Below, in pieces: positions 10,176-20,851 of a DNA stretch of 64,000 nt; within the stretch, counting starts at the first letter, position 1, and every line of letters begins with the position of its first letter. The notes under the pieces were generated by a model that saw nothing but the letters and a program-made list of their open reading frames with translations, made no database searches and had not been told where the DNA came from. This DNA comes from Candidatus Heimdallarchaeota archaeon (lineage in GTDB: Archaea; Asgardarchaeota; Heimdallarchaeia; Heimdallarchaeales; Heimdallarchaeaceae), in assembly GCA_019057815.1 (NCBI GenBank), contig JAHLWR010000010.1, positions 1 through 64,000 on the forward strand, in the 5' to 3' direction. The position numbers and the translations under genes are program-made.

Positions 10176-10964
10176 TTATTCTCTTATAATCACATCTCCG
10201 TTGTCGAATACATATACTCTATTGCTTTCTAAAGGAATCCATTTCTCATTTCTAGTTAAAGGAACTGTAGCAATTACAACAGCTTCTTCTTTTACTGGTT
10301 TCATTAATAATTCTAATTCTTTACTTTCTGATTTTATTGCTTCCATAAATGGTGGTTTTCTTTCCACATAATAGAGTGTATTCCCTTTTCTATATGCATA
10401 CATTTTTTCTCCATCTGATAACAGAAAATTAAATGACCCATATTCAGATATTGTTCCTGTTATTTCATTTAATGTATCAACTAGTTCTCTTTCTGTTGCT
10501 TCTTTTCCTATTTTCCTCATTTCTTCCATTATTACACAGAAAGCTAGTTCTGAATCACTCTCTCCTTCAGGTTGATAGGTTTCTAAAGAAGTTAAGTGCC
10601 CTTTTTGCATATCTTCCAACATTTTTCTTTTGTTTAAATGACCATTATGAGCAAAAACCCAAGTTTTAACAAATAACTCTCTCGTGAATGGATGGGTATT
10701 TTCTATAGTTTGTTTACCTACTGAAGCATATCTTATATGTGAAATAAATAAATTACCTTCAAACATATGAGGATTAGTTATTATCTTCTCTACTTTCTCG
10801 CTTGTCATTGCCATAATTGGCTCTTTTTCAACTATCCATTTGTTCTTACAAAAATATGCATATCCCCAACCATGATAGTTCCTTGTTGAGTGCTCTCGCA
10901 GAATTTTGAATGAAAAAGAGATGTTTGTCTCTTTATTACAATTTATTCCTAATAACTCACACAT
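10176..10964 (-). CDS. Class II glutamine amidotransferase (YafJ/EgtC-like)
   Basis: N-terminal MCELLG, HGWG, SHIRYAS, ENTHPF, FAHNG, GESDSE and IATVPLT. Confidence 0.9.
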   Translation of the reverse strand: MCELLGINCNKETNISFSFKILREHSTRNYHGWGYAYFCKNKWIVEKEPIMAMTSEKVEKIITNPHMFEGNLFISHIRYASVGKQTIENTHPFTRELFVKTWVFAHNGHLNKRKMLEDMQKGHLTSLETYQPEGESDSELAFCVIMEEMRKIGKEATERELVDTLNEITGTISEYGSFNFLLSDGEKMYAYRKGNTLYYVERKPPFMEAIKSESKELELLMKPVKEEAVVIATVPLTRNEKWIPLESNRVYVFDNGDVIIRE

Positions 10965-11072
10965 AAATAACAATCATATAAAGAAATTTTATTTCAAAAG
11001 CTTTTCTGATTTTAAAAGGCAGTATTTTTTCTTTTTACTTCTTCCGATAAGACTTAAATATAATTTCTCCTA

Positions 11073-11678
11073 ATGATGAGCATGAAAGCTGCAATTGAAA
11101 AATTACAGAAATTATTAGATTTAATATTAGTAGTAGAACCAAATTTCCTTAAAAAACAAGAAAAGAATAAATCAACAGTCATAAGAAACTACGGTCAAGT
11201 ATTTTCCAGTAGTAACATTAAACAATTAACTGAACACAAATTTAGAGATTTTCTGAAATATGAAGAAAATTTGCATTGGACAGGTTTGCAGAGACAGGGA
11301 TCTAATCTGTGTAAAGACATGAGAAAGCTTCGTGATACCCTTGAAATTCTGATTGATGAAACAGTTCCCCTTTCAAATAGGGTGACTAGAGCGGAAAAAA
11401 CGGCTTATATGGGCAAGGCAATAATAACTCCAATCCTACAAGTTTCATTCCCAGAGAAATATGGCATTTGGAACGAAATTTCTGAAGAAACAATGAAAAA
11501 TTTAGGAATTTTCCCCAACAGAAATAAAAGGGAATTTGGTGATTGGTACGCTGAAATTAACTCCAGACTGGTTGAAATATCAAAAAACCTAAGAATAGAC
11601 CTTTGGACATTAGACACACTTCTTTATTTGTGGGGTATAATTGAAAAAAAACTAATGGACCTATTGATGCATAGCTGA
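11073..11678 (+). CDS. Hypothetical protein resembling the N-terminal DNA-binding modules of restriction-type nucleases; may be C-terminally truncated
   Basis: HWTGLQRQG, TPIL...PEKYGIWN and DLWTLD pattern; no catalytic domain follows. Confidence 0.5.
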   Translation: MMSMKAAIEKLQKLLDLILVVEPNFLKKQEKNKSTVIRNYGQVFSSSNIKQLTEHKFRDFLKYEENLHWTGLQRQGSNLCKDMRKLRDTLEILIDETVPLSNRVTRAEKTAYMGKAIITPILQVSFPEKYGIWNEISEETMKNLGIFPNRNKREFGDWYAEINSRLVEISKNLRIDLWTLDTLLYLWGIIEKKLMDLLMHS

Positions 11679-11910
11679 TGTAAGAAACTTAACGATAGAA
11701 AGGATACATCCAAATCAGATGTTTACTTTTGTAGTTCTTTAACTAACTCCTCCTCATGTCCTCCTTCAAGTGCCATTAATATCAATTTTTCTGGTTTCTT
11801 CCAATAAGCATCAGAAAACCGCTTCAGTTGTTTAATACAGTTATGAACTATCCTTGGTTTAGTATCTCTGTAATATGTTAGTTAATTGATAGTATTTGAC
11901 ATTGTAATAG

Positions 11911-12585
11911 TTGCGTTTTACTCCTTTATTGTTACCTCAGCACTATATGAAGATGAAAACAATGAATAAAAGAATTGAAAAATTTATCAATTATTGGAGA
12001 ACATTTCGTTCTTGTACTGAAATTGACATCGAAAGCTGGTTTAGAATTAAAGCACTTGAATACAAAGATGAAGAAGTTTTTTATATCTCAGAAAGAATGC
12101 TACAAACTTATCTATTCTTGAATATTGAAGATATTTTTCCTGAATGTAAAGAACTCATTCTCTATGAAAGACCTCTTTTTGATAAACATTCAACACAGTT
12201 TGGTAAGTTTGATTTTTTGTTTTTGACAAAAGAAAACAAATTAATGGTCATTGAAACAAAGATTATAGGTTCTAATTTTGGAGGAAAAACTGAGAGAACA
12301 AAAAGAACAAAAAAAAGGAGAAAAATCAAGGAACAGTTAATTAGAGATAAAAGACAACTTATTTCTTTAGGAATCCCAGAAGAATTGGTCTTATGTAGAA
12401 TCTTTGCAACTGATAATTTTTGGACAGAAATGGAGAGAAATTACTTAGGTGAACAAATCCAAGCTCAGTATATTTCCACTTCTGAACTGGAAAAGTGGAT
12501 TGAAAATATATGTAATTCGTCACATCAATTTGATATTAAGAAACATATCAGAATATTTGCTGTTTTAGCTAGAGGATGGCCATAA
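11911..12585 (+). CDS. PD-(D/E)xK nuclease (NucS C-terminal-like)
   Basis: SERMLQTYL, GKFDFLF and VIETK; true start probably an ATG at 11947-11962. Confidence 0.6.
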   Translation: MRFTPLLLPQHYMKMKTMNKRIEKFINYWRTFRSCTEIDIESWFRIKALEYKDEEVFYISERMLQTYLFLNIEDIFPECKELILYERPLFDKHSTQFGKFDFLFLTKENKLMVIETKIIGSNFGGKTERTKRTKKRRKIKEQLIRDKRQLISLGIPEELVLCRIFATDNFWTEMERNYLGEQIQAQYISTSELEKWIENICNSSHQFDIKKHIRIFAVLARGWP

Positions 12586-12704
12586 CTCATAAACAAACAA
12601 AATTACATAAATTAGAAACTGATAGAATAACAGAAATGATTTTATGATGAGAAATGAGTGGAAAAGATTTATATTTATTCTTGACATGAATATTTGATGA
12701 TAAA

Positions 12705-12896
12705 ATGATTGAAAATAAGGAAAAACCAAAAGCAGAGATAGAATTAATTTTTGAAAGGGCAACTAAAAACACATGGAAATTTGAAGAAGTTACTCAGCCG
12801 GGTGTAGCTACAGTATTGAACAGCCTCTATGTTCAAAAATCAGCATTTAAGAATCAACCTAATAGGATTAAAGTTACGATAGAACTTGTTGAATAA
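12705..12896 (+). CDS. Small conserved beta-rich hypothetical protein
   Basis: 63 aa with FERATKNTWKFEE and LYVQKSA; plausible coding composition. Confidence 0.55.
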   Translation: MIENKEKPKAEIELIFERATKNTWKFEEVTQPGVATVLNSLYVQKSAFKNQPNRIKVTIELVE

Positions 12897-13052
12897 GCTA
12901 GTATATAACAGAATCATATGTTTATTGACATTCTCTTTGTTTCATTCAACTAAGAGTAAATGAATTGTTCTCTTGATATTTCATTATTTCGATATCCATG
13001 CCAATAATTCAAAAAATAAGTAAAATGAATAGTAAGATAGTTCTTTCTATTC

Positions 13053-13274
13053 TTAATATCTTCTTGGTTTTTGCTGTTGAAAGCACTCTCTACAATACAC
13101 TGGTCTTGATCCATCAGGTTTGAAAGGAACTTCTGTTTCTTGCTTACATTTAGCACAAGTAGCTTTATGAAGTTCAACTGGTCTCCTTTGACCATATCCT
13201 GAACTTCTTCCTCTATTTCCACTTCTATTGTCTGGTCTACCGCTATTTCTATTTCGATTATCTCTATATGACAT
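13053..13274 (-). CDS. CxxC-x17-CxxC zinc-ribbon protein
   Basis: R/G/N-rich N-terminus then HKATCAKC..EVPFKPDGSRPVYCRECF; ATG at 13274. Confidence 0.9.
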   Translation of the reverse strand: MSYRDNRNRNSGRPDNRSGNRGRSSGYGQRRPVELHKATCAKCKQETEVPFKPDGSRPVYCRECFQQQKPRRY

Positions 13275-13456
13275 TGTTTTTACCTTTGTTTTTTTGCAGC
13301 TAACAGTTAGCAAAATTAGTTAATCTATTCAAATAAACTGTCGTTTTTTGTTCCTTTCAACCGGTTATCTATAACTACCTAGTTTTAGCTAATCGCATTC
13401 TCTACAAAGCAGTGGAAGAATCTCTGCTATTTAAACAATGATATAGGAATGAAATT

Positions 13457-14650
13457 CTAGATTAAATCATTATTTATTCCTTTTATCTGCTCAATTAATA
13501 GCTTAACTGACTTATCAATTGAATCCATTTCAAATAATGCTGCTTCCTTTCCCCCAAGACTTAACAATTCTTCTGGATTTTCCCTGAAATAATTCAACCA
13601 CACTCTGAGATAATTCGCTAATCTCTTTTGCATTCTCTTCTCTAATTCTATTATTTTATCTGATTTCTTTCTGTTGCATGTTTTACATGTTGGAAAAAGA
13701 TTCAAGAATCTATCAATCGGATACTTCGACCAAGGGATAAAATGATCCAAGTCAAATGATTTTATTTCTTCTTCACAATAAATGCATCTCATTGGTTCGA
13801 AGATACTTGCAACTATCTCTCTTAATCTTCTCATTTGAGTTGTTCCTCTTTCTGGAACTCTTGTGTGCAGATATAACCCATGGAATAGTGCATAAATCGC
13901 TTTAGCGTCGGATTTAAGATATGATTCAATGGTAAATTCTATCCATCTCTTGATTACTGCATCCTTTATGAAAAATCGCGATTTTGCCAATTCTGTGTAT
14001 GTATAATGTCCCATCTGGATGTAAGCTGTCTCATCAGCTTCTAAATCGCTCCAAGAATAAGGTTTTTTTGTTCCACCCCACGATTCAGACTTTTGTCTTA
14101 TTTTCTGATAATCGTCATGTTCTTCTAAAGATATACTTGTGTTTATTAACCCAAATAGTGTAAAAGATGGGTCTTTGATGTTTATTCCTTCTACTAATTC
14201 TTCCTCTCTTCTTTCATTACTTGCTATTTGTATATATTTCAAAGGTTGTTCTACAACTTTCCTTCTCATCTTTATTAATAGAGAAACTAATTGCTCACTT
14301 AAAATATAATTTGATTCTATCTTGTCCTTGATATTTAGAATAGCTTCAGGTTCAGAGTAAACTAATTGTTTATTTGTCTCTTTCTCATTGAATTCTCTAA
14401 CGATCTTACTCAAAGCTATCTGTGTGTTTCCCTGTCTGACACCATCTTCTTCATAAATCATTAGAGGATAATAGTAATATAACCATCTTTTTGCTAAATA
14501 GATAATCGGGATGTTATGAAAACCATTCTTCGGGTACTCATTAGGATTTTCAATTATGTAATCGATTATAGCTGAAACAAGTGCAAATTTATATGTGCTA
14601 GATTTTTTCTCATCAAAAAGAACTGACTCTAAGCTCATTAAAACTTCCAT
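13457..14650 (-). CDS. HNH endonuclease (restriction-like)
   Basis: N-terminal KSSTYKFAL; CIYC..DLDHFIPWS..NLFPTCKTCNRKKSD. Confidence 0.85.
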   Translation of the reverse strand: MEVLMSLESVLFDEKKSSTYKFALVSAIIDYIIENPNEYPKNGFHNIPIIYLAKRWLYYYYPLMIYEEDGVRQGNTQIALSKIVREFNEKETNKQLVYSEPEAILNIKDKIESNYILSEQLVSLLIKMRRKVVEQPLKYIQIASNERREEELVEGINIKDPSFTLFGLINTSISLEEHDDYQKIRQKSESWGGTKKPYSWSDLEADETAYIQMGHYTYTELAKSRFFIKDAVIKRWIEFTIESYLKSDAKAIYALFHGLYLHTRVPERGTTQMRRLREIVASIFEPMRCIYCEEEIKSFDLDHFIPWSKYPIDRFLNLFPTCKTCNRKKSDKIIELEKRMQKRLANYLRVWLNYFRENPEELLSLGGKEAALFEMDSIDKSVKLLIEQIKGINNDLI

Positions 14651-15140
14651 AAACTTCTATTCTTTATTTCATAGATAAAAATTCCTACTGAATTTCGTTC
14701 GAACTTCAAGTTGATTTAGGTTATTTTATTAATTCAGGAGTAGAGTATGTATGTACTCTTTTTCATTTATTTCAGATACAAGCTAAACTTCTCTTTGATT
14801 CCTATAATATGTAATTATTTTCGAAAAAAATTTCTTTTGAAGACTTCTTGACATATTGGAAGGTAAAAGAGAATGAGAAGTCTATGAAAACTTTTAGCTT
14901 CATTTTTCTATGAAGAATTAAGTTTAGAAGAATAGAAAGCACTTTTAAAATGCTTGATAAAATAGGGAAGAAGGCTCAGAATGAATACCAACAAATATGC
15001 TATTTTATAGCTTTATATAATTGGAGTGAACAAGAAGGAAAAGGAAAAAAAGCAGAATACTTTCAAAGGAAAATTATGGACGACTAGAAAAATTAATATT
15101 TATCAAGATTTACTGTAAAAAAATAGAGTTAGGTGTTAAG

Positions 15141-16284
15141 ATGAGATTTAAAATTCATTCAAATCAATTCTCAGTTTGGCAGAATGATAGATGGGAAATT
15201 CTTGTAAAGCAATCAATGGATAAAGGTGGAATTTTTTATGCTGAAGAAGATAGTTGGATTGGAAGCTGGATAGAATTCCCGTTACCTTCTATCTTTTCTT
15301 TAGAATTTGAAGGGATATCTTATTCAAAACGAATATTGCTAGATGAAAATTATGTTGAAGTATATGTTGAAAACAAATCCTTACTTCATCAACTAGCATT
15401 TCAACTAAGAGATTGGTTTGCAATTCAAAATTCTGAAAATACAAAAGAAAGCAATCCTATTGATTTAATTCTTAAAAGAAAAAGAAAAAGAACTATATTC
15501 CTTATTTCAATCTGTTAAAGAGGAAAAGAAAAAGGCTGAAGAAGAAATGACTATAGAGGAAATTAGAAAGTATGGTTGGGAACAAAAAAGCAAAATTTTA
15601 TCTGATTATTTAGTCTCTTTTCGAAATATACAATGGCCAAAACCATATTCAGAAAGATATTACAAGAAAAAGATGGATGAAAAATTAGAAAATCTTCTCA
15701 AGAACATAAACATCAATGATTTCTTTAAGATTGCTTGTCTTCGGGAGTTGAAATCTGTAACAGAGAGAGCTACAATCATTTGGGAAGAGTATAAAAGAAA
15801 TATGGGTAAAGAAGACACTAAGAAGATGAAAAATCTCTTGGAGAAAACTGAAAATGTTATAACGGAATTAAATAAATGGAAAAAAAACACCGAAAATTCT
15901 ATTGGGCGTGCAAACTGGATAGATAAGGATTATGGAAATATCTTCAACCCTACAAATGATGTTCTCTCTCAATTAAAACAAGAAGTGTTGAGATTGGTGA
16001 ATGAAGAAGAACAAAGATCAGCTGAACAAGAAGAAGAAAAAAGAGTTTTAGATCAACTCAAATCTTTAGATCCCGGAATTCAGATCAATATTGATAGATT
16101 AGGTGAGATTTGTATTTTGGATAAGGAATCAACAATAAGGATAATCAAAAACTTACTACAGAAAAACTCAGATTTAGGGAAGTATTATGAAAAACAGCAG
16201 GTTTTCCTCCCAGATAGCAGCTTAATATCTGAAATTGACAAATTATTCAAAATGTTTGAGAATGGAATTAATAAAAAGAAATAG
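15141..16284 (+). pseudogene. Frameshifted coiled-coil/winged-helix hypothetical gene (ORFs 15141..15518 and 15547..16284)
   Basis: Removing one A in CTTAAAAGAAAAAGAAAAAGAA (about 15471-15492) joins the ORFs as LKEKEKELYSLFQSVKEEKKKAEEEMTIEE. Confidence 0.6.
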
Positions 16285-16339
16285 GGAACTGTAAATAATA
16301 TCTTCAAAAAACTAAAAAGGAGAATAATCTTTGTTTAAT

Positions 16340-16398
16340 CACGTCCCAAAACTAGTCTGAGGGGACTAGAGATTCTCTAAGGGAGAAAGAGAGTTTTA
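16340..16398 (+). repeat. Degenerate relic of the IS left end
   Basis: CACGTCCCAAAACTAGTCTGAGGGGACTAGAGATTCTCTAAGGGAGAAAGAGAGTTTTA aligns with 3685-3743 with a few mismatches. Confidence 0.85.
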
Positions 16399-16419
16399 GC
16401 ATAGAAATGCTGAAGATCT

Positions 16420-17214
16420 TCAAATTTCTGTTGATTCTTTTTTTTCTATTAGTTTCAATATTGAATTAACTACTTCTTCTACTACATTGTGATCCAATGT
16501 TACTAACCCTGCTTCCCAGCTTTGTCCTCCTGATGATTGTACTATAAAATTCATCGATGATATTATTGCTAATGCTCTATCTATTACAATTATTTTTGCA
16601 TGAACACTTTCATTATTGTATAACCTTATTTCTTCATCTTTTAACAAAGTATGATATCCTTTATCCTCCCCATTATCTGGTTTTCTCATTATTACTGTAA
16701 CTGTTACTCCTTTTTCTTTTGCTTCTCTCAATGTTTCACTTAAATTACATTTTCTTATCCATGGATTAGTCACTAACACTTCTGCTTTAGCATTCACTAT
16801 TACATCTTTTGAGAATTCATCTAAAAATCTCCCTTCTAGAAAGAAGTGTCTTCTATTCAAATCTATTTTTAATTTTTTCAAATCTTTCCATTGATCAATC
16901 CATTTTGCTAGATCCTTTTGTACTTCCTCTGAAATTCTGACTACTGGAGCTGATTTTTCTTCTTGTTCTTGTTCAAAATATGTTTTATACTCATTATAGA
17001 GGGCTTTGTCTACTCTATATTCCGTTTGTTCATTAACTTTTATTTTTCTTATAGCATCTACATTGAACATCTCTCGCAGAACCAATTTTAGCTTATCTGT
17101 TGAAAGTCCTGTGCTATCTCTGATTTCATTCCATGTATAAGCTCCATCTATAGCTATCGCTTTAATTACCCGACCTTTCCATGATCCTAGATATTTTGGT
17201 GCTTCTTCTGCCAT
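16420..17214 (-). CDS. HTH + PLD-family nuclease fusion
   Basis: N-terminal HTH-like segment (TWNEIRDSTGLS); C-terminal HAKIIVID..ISSMNF..WEAG. Confidence 0.8.
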   Translation of the reverse strand: MAEEAPKYLGSWKGRVIKAIAIDGAYTWNEIRDSTGLSTDKLKLVLREMFNVDAIRKIKVNEQTEYRVDKALYNEYKTYFEQEQEEKSAPVVRISEEVQKDLAKWIDQWKDLKKLKIDLNRRHFFLEGRFLDEFSKDVIVNAKAEVLVTNPWIRKCNLSETLREAKEKGVTVTVIMRKPDNGEDKGYHTLLKDEEIRLYNNESVHAKIIVIDRALAIISSMNFIVQSSGGQSWEAGLVTLDHNVVEEVVNSILKLIEKKESTEI

Positions 17215-17389
17215 TTTATTATCCTGTAGAGTTTTTTTCTTATTGATATAAATCTTATTATCAGCAATTATTAGATACCCAGATAATGATATGCTTAAGA
17301 AAATGAGAGATCAGAATACTATAATAGGTTTATACTAACTAACAAGAGAAGTAAAAGATGAGTTTACTAGTCTACCAAGAATATTTAAT

Positions 17390-18574
17390 CTAATCTGGAA
17401 TTGGAGGATAGTATGTAATTAATCCATTTTCATTGAGTTTTTCTTTACAAACTGGACAAGCCCCTTTTACCTTAATCCATTCTATAATATGTTTCTTATG
17501 AAAAATATGCCCACACACAGTACTCTGAACTACTTTTTCTCCAGCGATAATGATGTTTTTACATATCTCACAGTAAGGTGCTTCTTTCCCACAATTCTGA
17601 CAAACTATTGGTCCTTCGTCTTCTACTACTTCTAACTTAGCTTCACAGAATAAGCATAATGATTTTCTTTTTTCTACCTTTTTAGTTTTAATTTTTGTTG
17701 TTACATTTTCAACTAAGGTTTCTTCTTCTATCTCATCAGTAACTAATTGAAAAGTTATGAAATCCCCCTTAATAGAAAATTTCCATTCAGCTGATAGAGA
17801 ATAAAGCCAATCCATTAAAGAAGATTTATCTTGAAAATTTAGTAAGTTTCGTAAGTCTGTTAGTCTTAGCTGTTCTGTTCTTTTAACTATAATATCTAAT
17901 TTTTCTAGCCTTTTTGTTTCAGAAAGATATCTTGGAGTGGAAGTTTGAATCTTGGAAGGAAGGGGTCTCTTTGTTAGCCTTCTTTCTTGAGCTATTTTAC
18001 GCTCTTCAGCTTTTTTCCTTTTCTTTTCTTTTCGCTTCATCTCTCTTTCTTTCGCACCTATATCCCACAACTTTTTGAGTGAAATATCCAAATTCCTTGA
18101 GTGAAACCACCCTAATAAAACTAAGTTGAGAATCAGTATGAGTAGAACAATAGGAATTAATATAGGCCACAATAATTCTGCATCTTCAGAATTAAAGAAC
18201 CAGTATAAAGTTAATAATAGAACTGAAATAACCACTATAATTAGATTATAAATACCATATTTTATTGAACTTGTAAATGAAGAACCAATAGATATCTCAT
18301 CTTCTTTTGAACTCAAACTCTTTCGTACAAATTTCAAGCATTTGACCATAAATATTAGAAGCACTACTCCAAGTCCTGTGCCATAAACTGAGATGAGCAT
18401 ACCAAAAACATAACAACCACCGCAAATACCAAATTCATCTTCAGGAAAGGAACCAAATATCTCTGAAGCGGGAATGAATATTTCTAAGAAACCATAAAAA
18501 ATAGCAATAGCAAAAGCAAAAACAAAAATTGAAGTTATTAATGCTGTAATTATTACAAATATCTTTGATTTCAC
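17390..18574 (-). CDS. Membrane protein with winged-helix-like domain, Zn ribbon and C-terminal RING-H2 finger (putative E3 ligase)
   Basis: About 4 N-terminal TM helices; CLFC..CQNC ribbon; CEIC..CGHIFHKKH..W....CPVC. Confidence 0.85.
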   Translation of the reverse strand: MKSKIFVIITALITSIFVFAFAIAIFYGFLEIFIPASEIFGSFPEDEFGICGGCYVFGMLISVYGTGLGVVLLIFMVKCLKFVRKSLSSKEDEISIGSSFTSSIKYGIYNLIIVVISVLLLTLYWFFNSEDAELLWPILIPIVLLILILNLVLLGWFHSRNLDISLKKLWDIGAKEREMKRKEKKRKKAEERKIAQERRLTKRPLPSKIQTSTPRYLSETKRLEKLDIIVKRTEQLRLTDLRNLLNFQDKSSLMDWLYSLSAEWKFSIKGDFITFQLVTDEIEEETLVENVTTKIKTKKVEKRKSLCLFCEAKLEVVEDEGPIVCQNCGKEAPYCEICKNIIIAGEKVVQSTVCGHIFHKKHIIEWIKVKGACPVCKEKLNENGLITYYPPIPD

Positions 18575-18901
18575 AAATGATAGTTAATTATTCTTGTTAT
18601 ATTACTTTTACTACAAAAATTGGTTCAGTGATAAGTTGTTTAGGTCAAGCTATGATTATAGAATTTAATTCGGTTTTTCTATATTGCTTGTGGCACTGGA
18701 TTATTTCCTTTTATGACCCAGATCAATCATTTTACTACAAATGTATTATGTCTTTTAATAAATTATCTTAGCAGAACCAATGGTTATTATGTTAACTATA
18801 GAAAAGTTAGAACAGAAGATTTTTATTATTCTTTAATTAAGGAAAATGAACATATTATTAACAAAAGTTAACTGTAAATCAGTTTAACTTGATGGTGTTT
18901 A

Positions 18902-19480
18902 ATGACAGAAAAGATACTTATAACAGGAGGAGCGGGTTTCATTGGTTCGAATCTGGTAGAACTCTTGTCTAAGAATAGCCATAAATATACAATTTTAGAT
19001 GTAAGAAGTAATGTTAATTACTCTAGAAATCTTGTTAATCCTAAAGATTACATCCAAGGCGATGTTCGAGATAAAGCTCTCTTAAAATCCATTCTACTTA
19101 AGGAAAAATTCAGAGGAATAATTCATCTTGCTGCTATTTCAAGAGTTATTTCAGGAGAGAAAGACCCAAAACGCTGTAAAAGCGTAAATATCGAAGGATT
19201 AAGGGCTTTACTAGATACTATTTCCAATACAAAACATAAACCATGGTTCATTTTTACTAGTAATCGAGAAGTTTATGGAAATTCAAAAGTATTGCCTGTC
19301 AAAGAGTCTTACCCACTGAAACCAATCAACACTTATGGTCAAGCAAAGGTCATAGGAGAGAAAATCGTCAAAGAATACTCCCTGAAAAGTAATTCTTGTG
19401 GGAGATTGTTTCACAAAAATCACTTAGAAGAATGGATGAACACTAGTAGTTACTGCCCTGTATGTAAGAGTAAATTATGA
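18902..19480 (+). pseudogene. Truncated NAD-dependent epimerase fused in frame to half a RING-H2 finger
   Basis: GGAGFIG, HLAAISRV and YGQAK, then an abrupt switch to CGRLFHKNHLEEWM...CPVCK; paralogue of 34906..35895. Confidence 0.7.
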
Positions 19481-19571
19481 AGTGTGTCATAGAATCTGTC
19501 AGTCTTAGAATAACATCAAAATCTCTCACAATACTTGTTTCAATATTTTTCACTTTTTAATCTTCCTTATA

Positions 19572-20735
19572 TTAAATTAATATCCAAATATCTTCTTCTG
19601 GGTCATATTCTAACATTTTTCCTGAATGTAGTTTATTCTCTGTGGACAGTGTTCCTAAATGTATCAGATGTCTTTTAAATGTGAAAACTGCTGAATGAGT
19701 TATTGTCTCTCTCAAAACTCTCACTTCTTCATAAATCCTTTTTTCTTCTCCTTTCTGATACATTCTCAACACTTCTTCTTTCTTATTCTTTGGACAGAAT
19801 AGGTTAATAAACAGATTTGGTTTATTCTTTACTATTTCTTCTACTAACTCTTTGAAACTCATCTCTTTCCTTTTCTGTTTTTCAAATACTTTCATCAATT
19901 CCATAAACAGCTCATTCTTATTGTAGAGCATTTTCAACGTTATAGCTATTTCCGGATATTCTGTTGCTAAAGATACTCTTTTCTTTCTACTAGTCTCTTT
20001 CTTCATCTCTTCCAATTTCTCTAGTTTATCTAATCCTTCTAGTTGCATTATTCTCTTTAGAACGAACCCTTCATCCGTTATTCTTAGTTCTCCTGCTTGT
20101 TCTTTTATCAATCCTATTATCTTTGCTCCTCTGATAAGCTCCCCTATCGCTTGAATGTTGTAAGCTTCCAATTCTTCTTCTACTTCCTTTCTCGTTCTCC
20201 AATCAGAACTAACAAATATCAACGGTGCTAGATAATTTACTATATGATTTCTTGTCAAGTCTGTTAACCTCTTCTGTGATGAAACCATATCTTTACTTAG
20301 AATTAACAGCTCTCTCTTTGTGTCTTCTAGGAAATGTACACGAAAAGGCTCTAAAGGATCAACCTTTCTAATCTCTGTTTCAGTAACAAAAATAGATCCA
20401 ATATTTCCTTGTTTTAATGCTACTTGGAAGTTCTGCAAAGATTTCTCTTCAGCTGCTAAATAAGCTAAATGTGAACCTTCTTTGTAAGTTAGAGCTTGAC
20501 CTATACCTTTCTGGATATCTCTTGTTCCTTTAGCTTCAATAGCTATGACATCTTCAAATTGGTTGAAACCTATTAAATCTGGCGTGAATCCTTTAATGGT
20601 TATATTATGTCTAGGATAGTCTTTAGCGTTTAGAGTTGAATAAGCTGGATGATTATCTATCCATAACTGATAATTTGATTCTTCTAATAAGAAATCGAAA
20701 GTACGTTTAACTACTTCTACTTCTTCCATCACCAT
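19572..20735 (-). CDS. PD-(D/E)xK nuclease with winged-helix/AAA-associated-like C-terminus (intact copy 2)
   Basis: PDLIG..IAIEAKG..IQKGIGQALTY nuclease motif; the only full-length member of a four-copy family. Confidence 0.75.
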   Translation of the reverse strand: MVMEEVEVVKRTFDFLLEESNYQLWIDNHPAYSTLNAKDYPRHNITIKGFTPDLIGFNQFEDVIAIEAKGTRDIQKGIGQALTYKEGSHLAYLAAEEKSLQNFQVALKQGNIGSIFVTETEIRKVDPLEPFRVHFLEDTKRELLILSKDMVSSQKRLTDLTRNHIVNYLAPLIFVSSDWRTRKEVEEELEAYNIQAIGELIRGAKIIGLIKEQAGELRITDEGFVLKRIMQLEGLDKLEKLEEMKKETSRKKRVSLATEYPEIAITLKMLYNKNELFMELMKVFEKQKRKEMSFKELVEEIVKNKPNLFINLFCPKNKKEEVLRMYQKGEEKRIYEEVRVLRETITHSAVFTFKRHLIHLGTLSTENKLHSGKMLEYDPEEDIWILI

Positions 20736-20851
20736 AAAGTAAAGAAAATAACTAAAGAAGCTTGTGGTTCTCTTTTGTTGAAGAACTTGCTAATTTTAAC
20801 TAGAAACAGTCAAGTTTATATGTTTTACAGCGAAATGTTTTTGAGATTAAT

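Noticed and set aside
8100-17400. Integron-like cassette array
   Set aside because: Genes switch strand, and I found no recurring attC-like repeat and no integrase
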